A stretch of 64,000 nucleotides of DNA from Lobosporangium transversale (lineage: Eukaryota). The notes beneath the pieces are model-generated. The model was given only the letters and a program-made list of their open reading frames with translations, ran no database searches and had not been told where the DNA came from. The stretch is from positions 372,001 through 436,000 of the forward strand of contig NW_019029000.1 in assembly GCF_002105155.1 (NCBI RefSeq). Direction: 5' to 3'. Every line of letters starts with the position of its first letter. Position 1 is the stretch's first letter. This document shows, one piece after another, positions 19,173 to 33,686 of this stretch. Made by a program: the position numbers and the translations under genes.

Positions 19173-21550
19173 CTATACTGTTCCATCTCCATTGACTCCA
19201 CCTCCTGCACCTGTATTGATATCGCCACTATTGCCATCATTATTGCCACCATTCATGTCAGCTCCAGCATTGGACATAGCTGCAGCCTGTGCATTGGCAG
19301 CGGCCTGAGCCAAAAGCAATGAAGTTGATTGCATATTGTGCTGCTGCTGGTGCTGCTGATGCAACTGATGCTGCTGCTGCTGCTGTTGTTGCTGTTGTTG
19401 CTGGGCATGCTGCTGAGCTTGGTGTAATTGTGCTTGTTGAAGTTGCTGTTGATGCATTTGCATCATCATCAGCTGCTGTGCTTGCATCGGTGGGCTCTGA
19501 ATCATATTCTGTTGTTGATGTTGTTGTCTCGGTGACTGCATTGTCATTCTAGGCGATTGTAGTCGCGGTGATTGCAACACAGGTGATTGTAGTTGAGGCC
19601 CTCCTGTCCCAGGATTTCCAAGTGTATTGCCAATCTGAACACCTTGCTGCTGACCTTGCTGCTGACCTTGCTGCTGACCTTGCTGCTGACCTTGCTGCTG
19701 CTGCTGTTGTTGCTGCTGACCCTGCTGCTGCTGCTGTTGTTGCTGCTGACCCTGCTGCTGCTGCTGCTGCTGCTGTTGTTGTTGTTGTTGTTGTTGCTGC
19801 TGCTGCTGCTGCTGAAGTTGTTGCAATTGCATTTGTGCCAGCTGTTGTTGATGTAAAATCGCGTTCTGTTGTTGTTGCTTAATCTGTTGGAGTTGCAGTG
19901 GGGTAATTGAGCGTCCATTGGGCAAGATATACACCTGTTGGCCAGTCTGAGGCGAGGTTCTAATAGTAATACCAGGAATACCGGCCATGTTTTGAAGAGC
20001 TGCTGATGTGAGCGCTGCTGATCCACTCACGGGAGTGATCCCCGATACTGCAGAGTTTATACCTGCCACCGCCGGCGTCATACCAACTCCTGATGCATTA
20101 ATCGAGACTCCAGGTACACTTCCAGCTGATGTAGCAATTCCTGTTGCTCCAGCGTTCAATTGCCCGCCCATCAATCCTCCTCCTACCGTAGCTGTGGGAT
20201 TCAATCCTTGGGATATTGCTGCTTGTAAAGGGTTTCCACGACCAGCAGCAGACATACCTGCAACCCCTGCCATCAGACCTCCACGGCCCAGTCCAGCCGC
20301 AACATTGACCCCAGCAATGCCTCCGTTATTAGGAAGCATCATGCCTCGTCCTCGACCAAGACCCAGGTTTATACCAGCCAAGTTATTATTGAGACCTCCA
20401 TTTGCTGCAGACAAATTCAGGTTCATCGCTGCTGAATTAGCGCCGAGTAAGGCTGCTGTGTTCAAATTAGCCATTGTCAAGTTTGGATTTGTGCCTGCAG
20501 TCGCAGCTACTACAGGATTAGTAGTACTCGCATTAACAGCGGTACCAGCTGTGCTGGCTATTATGGCGTTGGCATTATTAGCGCGGCTCGTATTCAGCCC
20601 TGCGGCCAGTTGAGTAGCTTGTTGGGCAGCCTGTTGGGCAGCCTGTTGAGCAGCTTGTTGGGCAGCTTGTTGGGCAGCTTGTTGGGCAGCTTGTTGATTT
20701 CGAATGACAGTGGATCTAGTCATAAGCTCTTTCATCATCTCAGTTGTGACTCCCGCCGCCTTCAAAGCCTCTATCGTCTGTTGCTGTTTAGTCTGGAGAA
20801 GTGTCTGTTGCTGCCGCAAAAACACCATCTGTTGGTTGTGCTGACTAACCAGAGCCTGTTGCCGCTTTTGGATTATCTCTTGGGTCAATTCTGGTGGGGG
20901 ATTTTGCATAGCCTGCCTAATTTGCTGTACTTGTTGTTGGTAGTTCTGCATGTGCAAAGCTTGCTGATTATGAAGTTGAAGAAGTTGCTGTTGCATCGTC
21001 ATCACTTGTTGAACAGCTACCTGTTGGGCATGAGGCATGTTGGCGGCAGAAAGAGCAGCTGGATTGGCTGTGACATTGTTATTGTTAGGATTAGTGGCAA
21101 GATTGGCAGGGCTATTGGGGTTGACAATAGCATTGCTGACATTAGTGGTACTGTTGACTCCTCCCATATTTGTTCCCGCGGCTGTAACAGTTCCAGCTGC
21201 TAGAACCGGGGTTCCTGACCCAGGAGTAGCATTTGCCATAGACGTGGGGTTAACGCCACCACCTGCAGCCGACAATGCCCCTTGACCTGATAATACATGA
21301 GCACCAACCACTGGCGAAGCAATGGGTGCTTCCGACATACCACCAGATGCTGGAGTGGCCCCAGTATTCAAACTTGCTGGTGCCTGAACAGGCGATGTGA
21401 ACTGCGGTGTCTGCATGGCTCCAGGCTTTGGTGAACCAGTGATACTTCCTGCACCAACGGAAGCCGCACGCATTACTGGGGTCGCAATGACTCCATTTTG
21501 GGGGATAGGGCTGGCCAAGGGATTCTGCTGTAGTTGTTGCTGCTGGGGTG

Positions 21551-21590
<40 letters not shown>

Positions 21591-23059
21591 TTGTTGTTGT
21601 TGACCCTGTTGTGGCTGTTGAGCCTGCTGCTGTTGCTGATTTTGTTGCGGCTGCTGTTGCTGTGCCTGCTGTGCCTGTTGAGCTTGTTGAGCTTGTTGAG
21701 CTTGTTGAGCTTGTTGAGCTTGTTGCATTTGAAGCTGTTGTGCTTGTTGCATTTGGAGCTGTTGCTGTAGCCTCATACCTTGATAGTGAATTTTCACATT
21801 ATTAAATTGATTCAACGAAATTCCTGCCGCATTCAAGATCTGTAACAATTGAGGCGTAGGCTGCTGTGGACCAAACATTCCGATCTGAGCAAGATGGCTT
21901 GCAAGAGCTAATTTTTTTTTTTTTTTTTTTTTTTTTTTTGCAATAGATACATTTAAAATAATAATAATGTATTAATAAGTAAGCTCCCTGTAGTAGCTTT
22001 TCCGCAACCTTACCATAATGTCTGCTTAGGAAACAACAATGTGTATGAAGATCCAAAGAACTTACTATTAAGAGCAATATTCGGGTTAAGGCCTCCGTTT
22101 CCTCTGCCTGCAGCCAACTGCTGACTTCTCTGGAAGTTGACTAAGATGGCCCTCAAGGCATCTTGTTGGCTCCGCTGTTGCGCTGGAGTCAGTGGCATAG
22201 AAGCTTGCATAGGATTTGCCATGGCTCCCATTGATACATTGGCTACATTCATATTGGGTGACATCATGCCATTGGCACCCATCACTCCAGCAGCGTTAGT
22301 GTTGGCATTATTCATAATGGCATTAGCGTTGTTCTGAATATTATTTGCTACATTAGTCGTGTCCTGACTATTCATGGCTGCACTAACAAGGCCGTTTGGT
22401 GCCATAGATGGTGACTGTTGTGGCTGCTGTGGTTGCTGCTGCTGTTGCAATGGCTGTTGACCTTGTTGCTGCTGCTGAGGCTGCTGAGGCTGCTGAGACT
22501 GCTGCTGCTGTTGTGGCTGTGGCTGTGGCTGCTGCTGTAGTTGCTGTGGTTGCTGCGGCTGTTGTTGTTGAACTTGAGCTTGAGCTTGACCTTGAGCTTG
22601 ACCTTGAGCTTGAGTTTGACCCAATTTAGCCTGCTGTAGTAGCTGCTGCTGCTGCTGCTGCATTCTTGTTTGTAGTTGTTGTTGAATAAGAATATGTTGC
22701 TGCTGCCGTTGCTGGTTAGTCAATGCGGCCATACGCTGCTGCTGCTGTTGTTGTTGTTGTTGTTGTTGCTGCTGTTGCTGCTGTTGCTGTTGCTGTTGTT
22801 GTTGCAACTGCGCCTGAGCCATTGTAGGAGTTCCAGGAGGCACACCTGCATTTGGTGTAGCGTTTGCAGCTGCTGCTCCACTGGAAACTGTTCTCTGCAT
22901 TGCGAGCGGCGATCCGATGATCGATGGCGTGTTGTTTAGGCTACCCAACTGCTGGCCAGGTAGACCGGCTCCAGCTACTCCAGGAATAGACACTGAGCCG
23001 CCCGTTGACATACCCATTGTATGCATCTGGTTGGTTTGCTGAGGTGACTGTAGCTGTCC

Positions 23060-23093
<34 letters not shown>

Positions 23094-24123
23094 GATTGCG
23101 GTTGCTGCTGCTGCTGCAATTGCGCAAGTTGCTGTTGTTGAAGCTGCTGCTGCTGTTGTTGTTGTAGTTGCTGTTGCTGTTGTAGCTGCTGTTGCTGGAG
23201 TTGCTGCTGCTGCAATAGCTGCTGCTGCTGCTGTTGCTGGAATGCAGCAATCTGGCGCTGGAGCTCCTGGTGACGCGCAGCAAAAATCTGCTGCTGTTGA
23301 GGCGTGAGCTGCCCGTTTTGCTGCTGCCGGGTACGTTGAAGTTCTGCTGCCAACTGTTGCATTTGGAGATGTGCGGGGGTGATAGTTTGCTGTGCAAGCT
23401 GGGGTTGTGGCTGAATCGAGCCCTGACCTTGTTGTTGCATTTGAAGCTGCTGTTGACGCTGAAGTATCATCTCTTGCTGACGCTGCAGTAAGATGGCCTG
23501 TTGAATTTGTTGCTGCTGTTGCTGTTGCTGTTGTTGACGGAACTGCTCTTGCTGGAACTGCTGCTGCTGCTGTTGCAACTGTTGTTGTTGCAGTTGTTGT
23601 TGCTGGATGTGCTGTTGCTGCAGCTGTTGTTGTTGCAGTTGCTGTTGCAGTTGTTGCTGTTGTTGCTGCTGTTGTTGCTGCTGCTGTTGTTGCTGCTGCT
23701 GTTGTTGCTGCTGTTGCTGATGTTGCAACTGTTGTTGTTGTTGGAGTTGTAGCTGCAACTGCTGTTGTTGTTGCTGTTGCTGCTGATGCTGCTGTTGGGG
23801 TTGCTGTGGCAGAGGTTGTGATAGTTGTGGCTGCTGTACCTGCTGCTGGGGCTGCTGCGTTTGCTGTTGCTGCTGAGGCTGCTGCTGAGTAGCCTGAGAC
23901 TGACTGTTCTGCTGCAAAACCTGCTGTTGCTGTTGTGGAGTGAGTTGCTGCTGTGGCAATTGCATGGCACCCATTTGAGGCGTCTGAGGTACTGGGGTAT
24001 AGCGAGTCTGTGGGGTTGTGACAGTGTTTGTCGCATTCGTAGCTGATTGTGCGGAAGTGTGCGCATTTGCTGCCATATTGTTGGCAATAGCTGTGCCGCC
24101 AGTAGCTGATGCAGTATTTGTGT

Positions 24124-24164
<41 letters not shown>

Positions 24165-25437
24165 GCCGCCGCCGCCGCCGCCGCTGCATTTGTTCGTGCG
24201 GTATTGGTCGAAGTTGGCGTTGTATCACTTATTAAAGAGTTTGGAGAAAAGTACATTGATTTGAGGCTCTGAACATACGCGTCCGCGCATTGTTCTGGCC
24301 CAAGATGAAATCTAAAATAATTGAAAATAAGGATCATCAGTATTCACCGCAAACGAAATGTTTTTGAGAAGTCCATGGTTCTATCTTTATCATTCCAACA
24401 TACTTGCGAATGCCACCATTGACTGCAGAATCTGGAGCAGTTCCATAACGCATAATCGCCTCGAATGACTGGTCCGGACATTGCATGATGTTGAACATAA
24501 AATACACCTTGTCTATTAAAACGAAGATATATGTTACTGTCAGTTTCCCGAACAAAAAATAAAAAATAAAAAAATAAAAAATGAAGTGGCAGAAAAAACT
24601 GTCAGTCCAACTGACGCTGATTAGAAGCTTACAATTCCTCTGTTTGTCCTCGCGCTCGAATCGAATTGTTCGTACGATCTTTCGTCCATCTGGCAAAATT
24701 GACATTTCTTGTCGTTTGGCCTTGGATTTCTTTGGGTCCAGTACCGGTATTGGTTGTGTTTCCTCCATCTTTTTCTTTTGTCGCCACTCCTTGAGGAAAG
24801 CCAGTCTGCCAAAATTGGGCTGAAAATCTACATTTGATTTCTTTAAGCAAGTAATTGTTATGACATTAGTTGAGTACCATACTTGACAGCTAAAAATATC
24901 CTCCTCCATTATGAACAATCTTTTTATGTGAAGCTTACTTCGTCCATCATGCTCATTAGTTTGTCCTCTTCGGCCTTCCTTGTCGCCTCCTGCTCCCTTT
25001 CGAGAGAGTTCCACTTTCTTCTCTTTCTTGTCCTCTGAGTAGCGGAGGTCTGGTGATAGCTGATCTCATTACTTATCACAGTGACCATAGGAGATGGGTC
25101 CAAACAAAGCGGTCCCTCTGTGGCGATCTATCAACAGCATACCAGTAATAAGGTATAATAAGTGGGATGTGATTGACGACTATAGATGCAAGAAGGATAA
25201 TTTTCCTGAAATCCATACCAGAATCTTTGACTCAATATCAAGCATCATATCACTAGACCATGATTCTCCCGACTCTTCATGAAGTAATGAAAGATCTGCC
25301 CACAATGTCTCCTGTGTGGGTGAGAGGACAATCCGCTTTGTAGTCACTTCGCTCTCCTGTTTTCCTTTGGTTCGATGATCCACGACTTCAGCAATTAGAC
25401 ATCCTAGATGTATTTTTAAGCAAGAGAAAGAGAGAGG

Positions 25438-25468
<31 letters not shown>

Positions 25469-26704
25469 TCCAATAGTAGAAATTAAGGATGACGAACAGG
25501 GTAATAAAGCAAAGTAGTAAAATCAATCTTTGATTGAATCCGTTTTGACAGGCTCCGAAAATTTTGTCCGCGCACCTTCATAATATGGACATTGTGCACT
25601 TTTGATTACGTCTAAAAGTCCAGACGGTAGCCTCTTCTCCTGTATACTTTTCAAGAATATCTACTTGCACCAACATATAGTTATAATTGACTGTTAATAT
25701 TCTGCACACTATAACTTCGAGTTCGAAACAGTTCAGACGGTTTATTTCTTTACCTTCATTGGAGAATTAAACAAAAAGACACCGTCCTAAATTTTCATTA
25801 TTATTGTTTTGATCCAAGATTAAGACCGAGTAATTTAGTGGCAACACCCAGATATCTCTTATAGTCTTATAGAGCTGTTTGTTGTTTTCGTAGATTTAAT
25901 AGCCATAAACTAACCTGGCTTTCAAACTTGAAATGGGTTTCATAAAGATGGATCGTGAAGGACGCAGAACTGCGTTTATATTTTTCAAGAAGGTCTACAA
26001 TCAACATGAATGATAAAGAGATTAGCAAGGAAGAGAAGAAGAAAAAAAAAAAAAGATATAAATGACATTTGAGTATTTTTCATGATGCTTTGCATACCTG
26101 TCTTGCTCAATGTCTAAATAAAATAAGAAAAAAGAAAAGAAAAAGCAGTTGATAAGAAATCGATGAATAACATTACAATCAACACGGTATAATATGTGGA
26201 GGAATAGAAAAACAGGGCCAAAAAAAAAAAAAAAAGGAAAACGAAACACACAATCAAATACTATCAATCTCTATCTTTTTTTTTTTTTTTTTTTTTTTTT
26301 ACCTTCAATGGAGAATGGATGTGGATGTCATCTATACTTCTTTTGGTCCCACGCGGTGTGTGTCCAGATCGTGAGTGACTCAAGGACAATGCTGAGCCCC
26401 TGGGAGATGAAAGAGATGTTGCTGCAGAGCGAGGACTCTCAGTCATGACTGTATCCACTATGGCACCTTGTTGATGTTGTTGCTGTAGTTTTGTCTGTAA
26501 TGATAGGGATTTGGATTTCTTATTATGGGCTCGTCCTGAACTCGAGAGACCATTAGGTGAGTTTAGGGTCTTTGGTGACTTGGGGCCACTACCACGGGGG
26601 CCATTCCCCATGCTGGCTGTTTGCATACCCGTGGTCCCTCCAAACTGTGACCCTTGCTGTTGGTTGGAATGATGTTCGATGGCAGTGACCATCGTCGAGT
26701 TCAT
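19173..26704 (-). CDS. SPT20: SAGA complex subunit Spt20 (SEP domain) with a very long polyQ C-terminal region
   Basis: Spliced N-terminal exons give SASFTIHLYETHFKFE, IFLKSIQEKRLP..CPYYEGCLIAEVVDHR..RIVLSPTQETLWADL..IATEGPLCLDPSP, the Spt20 SEP signature. The ORFs 22010-24337 and 19173-21878 join in frame through an intron at ~22065-21908. Confidence 0.88.
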
Positions 26705-27787
26705 TCTTCAACCTGTGAAGAAATAAAAACAGAAAGGAAAGAAAGAAAGAAAAGAAAAGAATGTGAAAGAGTGAACGTGAGAGAGTGAAAGAGTGAGAGA
26801 GTAAAAGTAAGGACAAGAGTGAATGAGAGGGGGGACCAAATGACCTTAAAAGAGTAGTTACGCGTGTTCAAAAAAAAAAAAACAAAGGTGAAGAGAATCC
26901 TTCACAATAATCAGTCAAAGGTCATGCAAGGGTGATTTTTTTTTTCTTTCTCCTCCTTCCCCTTTGCTTTCGGACAGAATAACTTGGCTAGACTTGTGCT
27001 GAAGATTGATACAACAGATCTGGATGGATAATGATCAAAATGTGTGTCTGTATGTCTCAATGGTGACAGAAAGTGGCAAAATAAATGTATAAAGTGTAAA
27101 ATACAAAAAAATGTCGAGTTTAGGGTTTTAAAGTCCAGCTGGTGATTATGAAAAATGAGATGAAAGAATGATGTGAATGTATGAATATGTGGGGATTTTT
27201 TTTTACTTTGTTAAAAATGGATATTAAAATGATGTGAAGGAAAGGAGAGATGTCAGGAATAGGGGAGAGAGAGACAAGAGAAAGGGAGTGAGGGAGTGAG
27301 GGAAAGAGGGAGTGAAATAAAAGAAAAGTGATCCTCTGTGTTGAAAGAGGAGGAAAGAAGTGTCTTTGCAAGCGTGTTTAACTACAGCGGAAAATAAGAG
27401 GGTTGATGGACGAGTAACGTGACAAGAGGTTAAAAAGAAAGAAAGAAAGAAAAAAAAAAAAAAAAAAAAACTTCCCACCAATTGGGGTTCAACACAATGA
27501 AGGATGAACCAAAAAGGATGCTTCACCTAGAAGAACAGAAACGTAAAGAGATGTTCAAGAGGGTAGGAACGATTCAAACAAGTAAAAAGGACAAAGCATC
27601 AACTTCATTTTCTATAATGACAGAAATAGGAAGGAAATCACGTGTGATTAATACAACCAAATGTCTTCAATGTAGAAACAGTAGTATGCCAATGCCTGTG
27701 GTAAGATCATTGTATTATAAATAAGTTGCGGTAACCCTAAAAACTAAGACCAATAACATGTACACTGCACTACGTTTCCTTTGCACA

Positions 27788-29616
27788 TCAGTCCTTGCGA
27801 CTCTCCAGGTTGGTGACACGGTCCTGTAGGTTCTTGATCGAAGAACTTGAACTTGGCTCATTCGCTTCTCTTTCTTCCTCATCTTCTACTTCCATAGCTG
27901 AGGAAGGGTCCTGAGTTTTAGTCAATGGAGGCGTAGGCAAAGTTCCACTGTTCGGTGAAGAGTTATTATGACCCATTTGGTCTGCAGATGTTGATGGCTC
28001 AGTTGATGTCTCCATTAATTCTGGTCCTGATACAGATCCGCCAGCCGCGGTCTCTGAAGTCCCGTTCAAGGATGTTGCAATGCCCGTCATGGCGGATGCA
28101 GATGAAGGAGAGGTAGACGGTACAGCAGTTGCTGCTGTTGGTGCTGCTGATGTTGATGCCGCTGTTGTTGCTGGAGCTGCTGCTACTTTTGTCTTTTTTG
28201 GTGGTGGGGGTGGAGGTGTTAATCCTTGATGTTCTTCAAGTTGTCGAACACGAGCATTCAGATGCTCAATCTCATTCTCAAATCGCTCAATGACGCCCTT
28301 CTCCAACTCTTTGAATTGTCCTCGAACAAGATTCTCGATCATGGTGCCACTGGCTTGGAGTGTTTGAAGCAATTGGGCCGATTTACGAATCTGTTCCTCC
28401 AGGGTATATTTAAGACTACGGCTGCTGTCAACTGAATCAAACAAGTTCGATACAGTTTCCATGAACATATGCTTTGGATTGGACAGGAAAGGTGTAGACG
28501 GTGGGTACATGGACGGCGAGGGTAATGGCCCTGTATGCGACGACAAAATTGGTGCTGGGATCGTTCCACTGTTTAAAGAGCAGTCGTTATGAGACAATTA
28601 ACATGTTGAAGCAAGGAAAAGAAAAAAAAAAAAAAAAAAAAAGATAGAAGCTAAAATAATAATAATAATAAAGAAAAAAAAAAAAAAAAACTTACTTGCT
28701 ATCAGCACCAGTACCAGGTTGTCGGAGGGTAGTACGCGATGTCTTCTTGGCATGGCCTGCGGTCCTAGGAGAGCGTAAAGGCTGCTGGAAGGAGCTTGTC
28801 TGTGCAGCAACATATGGGTGGCTCTGATTTCGCAGTGGTTGAGACGTTCTAAGGCCCATACTCATGGCTTGATGACTTTGTGAGGGCTGCAATGGTGCAG
28901 AGTGGATGGAAAGTGACGATTCAGAGTACGAGGGAGCAAAAATGGTCAGAGACTTTGCGTTCTTTGGTTTCATTGGAGAGGGTAGTGGACGACGATTCAA
29001 TGAAGCAAAGGATGAGCTGCCATGGAAGACAGAAAGGCCACTTGAGGAAGCCTCTGTAACAGGTGGATTCGATCCATTAGAGCTCAGCTTTGATGCACTC
29101 GAGGACTGTGGTAGTGGCGATGGTTGACCATGCTGTTTGGCCTCAATGATGGCCTTTTGTTGTTGTTGCAGTTTGATCGTTGACCGCACCCGATCCAAGA
29201 CCTCGGGTTGTATGGAAGATGGAGGAGGGGACTGTTGTCGACCCCCTTTCTGACCAGACGATCCTGGAAACCGACGCTTCTTGTAACGGATGTCTTCATC
29301 GTCATCTTCAGAGTTTGATCCAGGTATGGGAGACTCATGTCGATATCGGGGGGAGGAAGGGCGATGATGATTTGATTGTGATCGCATTTCACTTCGTCCA
29401 AATTGTCTAGTGAGATTCAATGTCAAGAAAACGTTTGATTAGTTGAGGTCTTGGGAACGTTGTGCATGACAGGGGCCAGGTGTCTCACGTAAGATCATTC
29501 TCTCCTTTTTTTTCTAGTTCTTTTCCCCTGATCCATAAAAGCCGCTTGATTATTTTTTTTCCTAATCAATTATCGTCTGCTGACCACTATGGTGTGTATA
29601 GTCAGTAATGCTTAGG

Positions 29617-29648
<32 letters not shown>

Positions 29649-30799
29649 GAGATGCCCTCGCAATCAAGTTTTTCTCAATGTTACACATGAGCTGCAAGGA
29701 ATAACCTAATAGATCGAGCAAAGAGGCAAAGACAACACGAGAATCGGTATAGCGACGATAAAGAGTGAGGGTATCTCTCTCCGTTCTCTTTAAGGGGAAG
29801 GAGGAATGAAGGAAAGGATAAAAGGAACTAATAACCCCCCTCGGGATTGATTAGGCCTTTCCTTCCCCACAGATGGTGGCACCAGTATAATAAGGATCAA
29901 AACTATAATTTTGTCGCACATAAAATCATACACTTGAAAAAGCGGCTGAACTAGGGCGTCTTTTTTTTTTTTCCCATTGCGTTACATGTATTGATCGATT
30001 TAGAACGTGCTGCAGTTAATCAAGGATCAATATGTAATAAGGATACATAAAATAAATACCCATGTTCATGCAACAACATTATAGTACATGCACATTGTTG
30101 TCGTCTAGACATGGACATGTGCTAAACAAGCCATTGTGCAAATTTTTTGTTTTGTTTGAGATAGCAAATAAAAACACATTCTATTGAATGAAAGTAACAT
30201 GGTAAAAAAAAAAAATGTGGAAACAAGAAATAAAACTTACACAACCTCAATTGATTTCCCAAAAGTGTATGCAATGGTATAAGTAAACCATCATCTTTGG
30301 CTCTACTCTCAAAAGCATAGTAAAGAAAGAATAAAAAAAAAAAAAAAAAAAAAAAAAAGAGCATAGCCAAATAAAAATGGTCGATTTGGTTGCTCAGAAG
30401 TACTTTGGATAACAATAGCATCGCTGAGAGAGAGAAAGAGAAGAGAAGGCTGGAAAGAGAGAGAGAAGCTTGGAGATGGAAAGGATGATGTGCTAATGCA
30501 CACCAGTAACAGTTCCACACCACAATCACACTAATAAAAAAAAGAACCTACCGTGATTGGGGATGCGAGCCTGCCCCGCCATGGCTCACACTCGAGTGTG
30601 GTGCCGGTGGGTCAGAGAGGGACATCTCATCGTGCGAGCCTCTGCGTCTGTAGGGTGGTGAGTCTTCTTCATGTCCATACAGATTCTGTTGTGGGTGGTT
30701 ATCAATGACTTCATGGATAGCCATCCTATTGAATCGATTAGTCGTGGTCGGAGTAATAGGCGATCGCCACGTAGAACCGGCATCTGGATCTCGAGAAAA

Positions 30800-30832
<33 letters not shown>

Positions 30833-30997
30833 ACTGTGGCCTCGATTCTCTCTAGATGAATACGATGATGTTGAATGCTGCTGTTGTTGTTGATAGTGCT
30901 GCTGTGATGAGGACGACTGGTTAGGATATCGGTCTGAATTATGTCCTTGGCTGCTACTGCTGTTATACGAATGGTGTCCGCCACGAGAGTCTTCCAT
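27788..30997 (-). CDS. Uncharacterised low-complexity protein with a C-terminal coiled-coil block (putative nuclear regulator)
   Basis: Three exons join in frame (QSR/QFG and DSN/GTIP junctions). Contains a YKKRR NLS-like motif and the helical block FMETVSNLFDSVDSSRSLKYTLEEQIRKSAQLLQTLQ. Confidence 0.8.
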
Positions 30998-32947
30998 TGC
31001 GATGATGTGTTCCTTGTAGATTTTGAATGGGACAAATACTAATGATCGTAGTAGAACAGCTCGATTACGAGAGAATCACCTGGTTCTGATGCAAGAGATG
31101 AAAGATCACCAAAAGAATGAACTCAGGGGAGAAATAAAAATAAAAATAAAATAAAATAAAATAATAAAGACGGAAGCGATGATGCAAGTCAAAGGAACAG
31201 AATAGATGGAATGAAAGAGAAGGAAAAGAAAAAAGACAACAGAATTGAATTGAAAGTAATGGCTATACAAGGGGGGTAACAAGTAAAATATAAAAAGTGA
31301 GAGCCTGGTTTTGTCATGCCATATCCCATGTCTTTTTTTCTTTTTTTTTTTTTTCCAACACAATGGGCATCTATCAAATCATCGATTAGTACTTTTGGTT
31401 CATGGATAGGTTTAGGGCATATTTAGTACGCCATCAGAGACGATTGACGCGAGATCCAGAGCCCTGGCTGGATTTGTCTCACACACACATTCTCTGCTAT
31501 TTTCTTTCTCTCATTCTAGAACACGTCTACACCGACACTAATCTGGTGCATCATAAACTCTGTTCAACATGAGCCCTTGGACTCTTGCACATGTCCTGGT
31601 ACAATCCAATTCCTATTACTCATGCTCTTTATTCTCTCCCTCCAGACCTGTCTGCTTATGGTTCGGTACTTTTTTTCCTTGGTTACCATTTTCCTCCGCA
31701 AGAAAAGATCCAAGGAAAAGTCACTCGGACACGCGTCAAAATGGCCGATGGACCACCTCCATGGTAACTGTTGCGATAGAGCACGAGTCCTATTTCCATT
31801 TTCAGCATCCGACACTTTGTACGTCCTATACTTCCCTTTCTCTTCCTTCCACATTTCCAGTGTTCATTCGATAGGGAGAATTACAACAAAATACACCGCC
31901 ACACTCTTCTGCTTGTTGTATCCCTTTGTGTTAATTGTAAAAATGCGTAATAATGCAAACTTCCAACATCTTGGGCTTTTTTTTTTTTTTTTTTTCTTGA
32001 AACATTTGTTCCATGCTTGTGGCGCTGCTAAAAAAAAAAAAAAAAAAGTTTAGAGGCAGGTTTTTTCACTTCTTTCCTTCGCTCTCCTCACTGCTTCTCT
32101 CCTTTTACTTTCCCCAACATTATCCATGTATTGATGAAATATTTATTTAGTAGCCTCCAAAAGATACCGATTTAGTGTTTATGGAAGTTAAACAAATCTT
32201 TTATTTCCTTATGAGAGCAATTATAACCTCGCATCTTTGTTTAAATTGTTTGTTCCACAATCTAAACCTTCACAAGTGTGGTAAAAAAAAAAAAAAAAAA
32301 AAAAAAAATGAACAAACGACGCGTATTTCCATTAAACATGGCATGTATATATTATATATAAATATACATGTATATACGTATGTATATTTGTATACATATA
32401 AATAAGTATATGTACAAGAATAGATTTGGGCTGCTTAAAAGATGTAATCAAGCACTTTTTAAAGAAAAAAAAAAGGTCAGTGAATGGCACAGCAAATAAA
32501 AACGAAAAAGATATGCTAAGCCTCTTTTTTTTTTAGCCCGAGCTAACACCCTGGTGATGGCAAAGTAAGATTTGTAAAACATGACAGAGAAGAAAAAGAC
32601 AAAAATAAGATAAGGGGGCAAGGTCCAGAATTCATTTCGATTCAAACGAATGTCCTTTTGAAAATATCAATTTAGTCTATGATCTGTAAAAATAAAAAAT
32701 AAAAAACTCCTTCCTCGTCATGGTCTTTTTTGCTATTTCTCTTCTCTCCTCTCCCTCCCTTCCCTTCTCTTTCCTCTTTTGGTCTTATCAAATCCAATCC
32801 AACCCAATGTAGCCCAGCCCAGTCCAATCCAACCCAGTGCAGCTTCATCCATTAGAATAATGTTTTGTGAAACAGTTAGGGACCTGCATGCCTTGTTCTG
32901 TTAAATCACAGTTCTGTTAGAAGGAAAAAAATAAAATAAAATAAAAT

Positions 32948-32988
<41 letters not shown>

Positions 32989-33520
32989 ATGTATCAATGC
33001 AATGATCTTCCCCTTTTCAAAGTGAGGTATTGAAGTAGTGGGACGAAGAGAGGAAGAGGAGCGAGGGTCTACTTGCATTCTCACAAAAACTTGATCTCCT
33101 TCAATTGATTTGAATCCAAAGGTGTTTATGCATTATTATTTTTTTTTCCTCCCCCTAGTCTCCCTAGTCTAAGGAAACTCCTGTAGCAATTGACGTGTTT
33201 TTTTACAGTTTAAACTATTTATGAATATGCATCAACTGATCATTATGCAACGCGTAAGTTCAATGTTGCTAGTCTACAAAAGTTCTTCCCTCATATAGAG
33301 AGGGCCTTTTTTTTTTTTTCTCCTCTCTGCTATGATCGCGATCATCTCCAAACGGCTTTTTCTCTTTTTCATGAGCGCATAGAAATCGACAAGGGCCCTA
33401 CGCACACTATAATAGAAGAACAAAACAAACAAAGTCAACCAATGAATCAATCAATAAATGCAAAAAAAGAAGAAAGTAAGGCATGATGACAATGTCATGC
33501 AATGCCAATCAATAGAACCT

Positions 33521-33686
33521 TTCTTCTTCTTCTTCTTCTTCTTCTTCTTCTTCTTCTTCTTCTTCTTCTTCTTCTTCTTCTTCTTCTTCTTCTTCTTCTT
33601 CTTCTTCTTCTTCAGTTCTCTAGTTCTTTAGTTCTTTAGTTCTTTAGTTCTTTAGTTCTTTAGTTCTTTAGTTCTTTAGTTCTTTA
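33521..33686. repeat. (TTC)~31 microsatellite followed by an (AGTTCTTT)n array
   Basis: Directly visible tandem repeats. Confidence 0.95.

Noticed and set aside
19289..24272. Many poly-Leu/Ala/Val/Cys/Ser ORFs overlapping SPT20
   Set aside because: They are antisense or shifted-frame readings of CAG/CAA repeats.
25716..25730. GTTCGA T-loop-like motif considered as a tRNA
   Set aside because: No cloverleaf or A box; it lies within an SPT20 intron.
30036..30047. GTATCCTT (U12-type donor-like) on the minus strand
   Set aside because: It lies in the middle of a normal GT-AG intron, not at an exon boundary.
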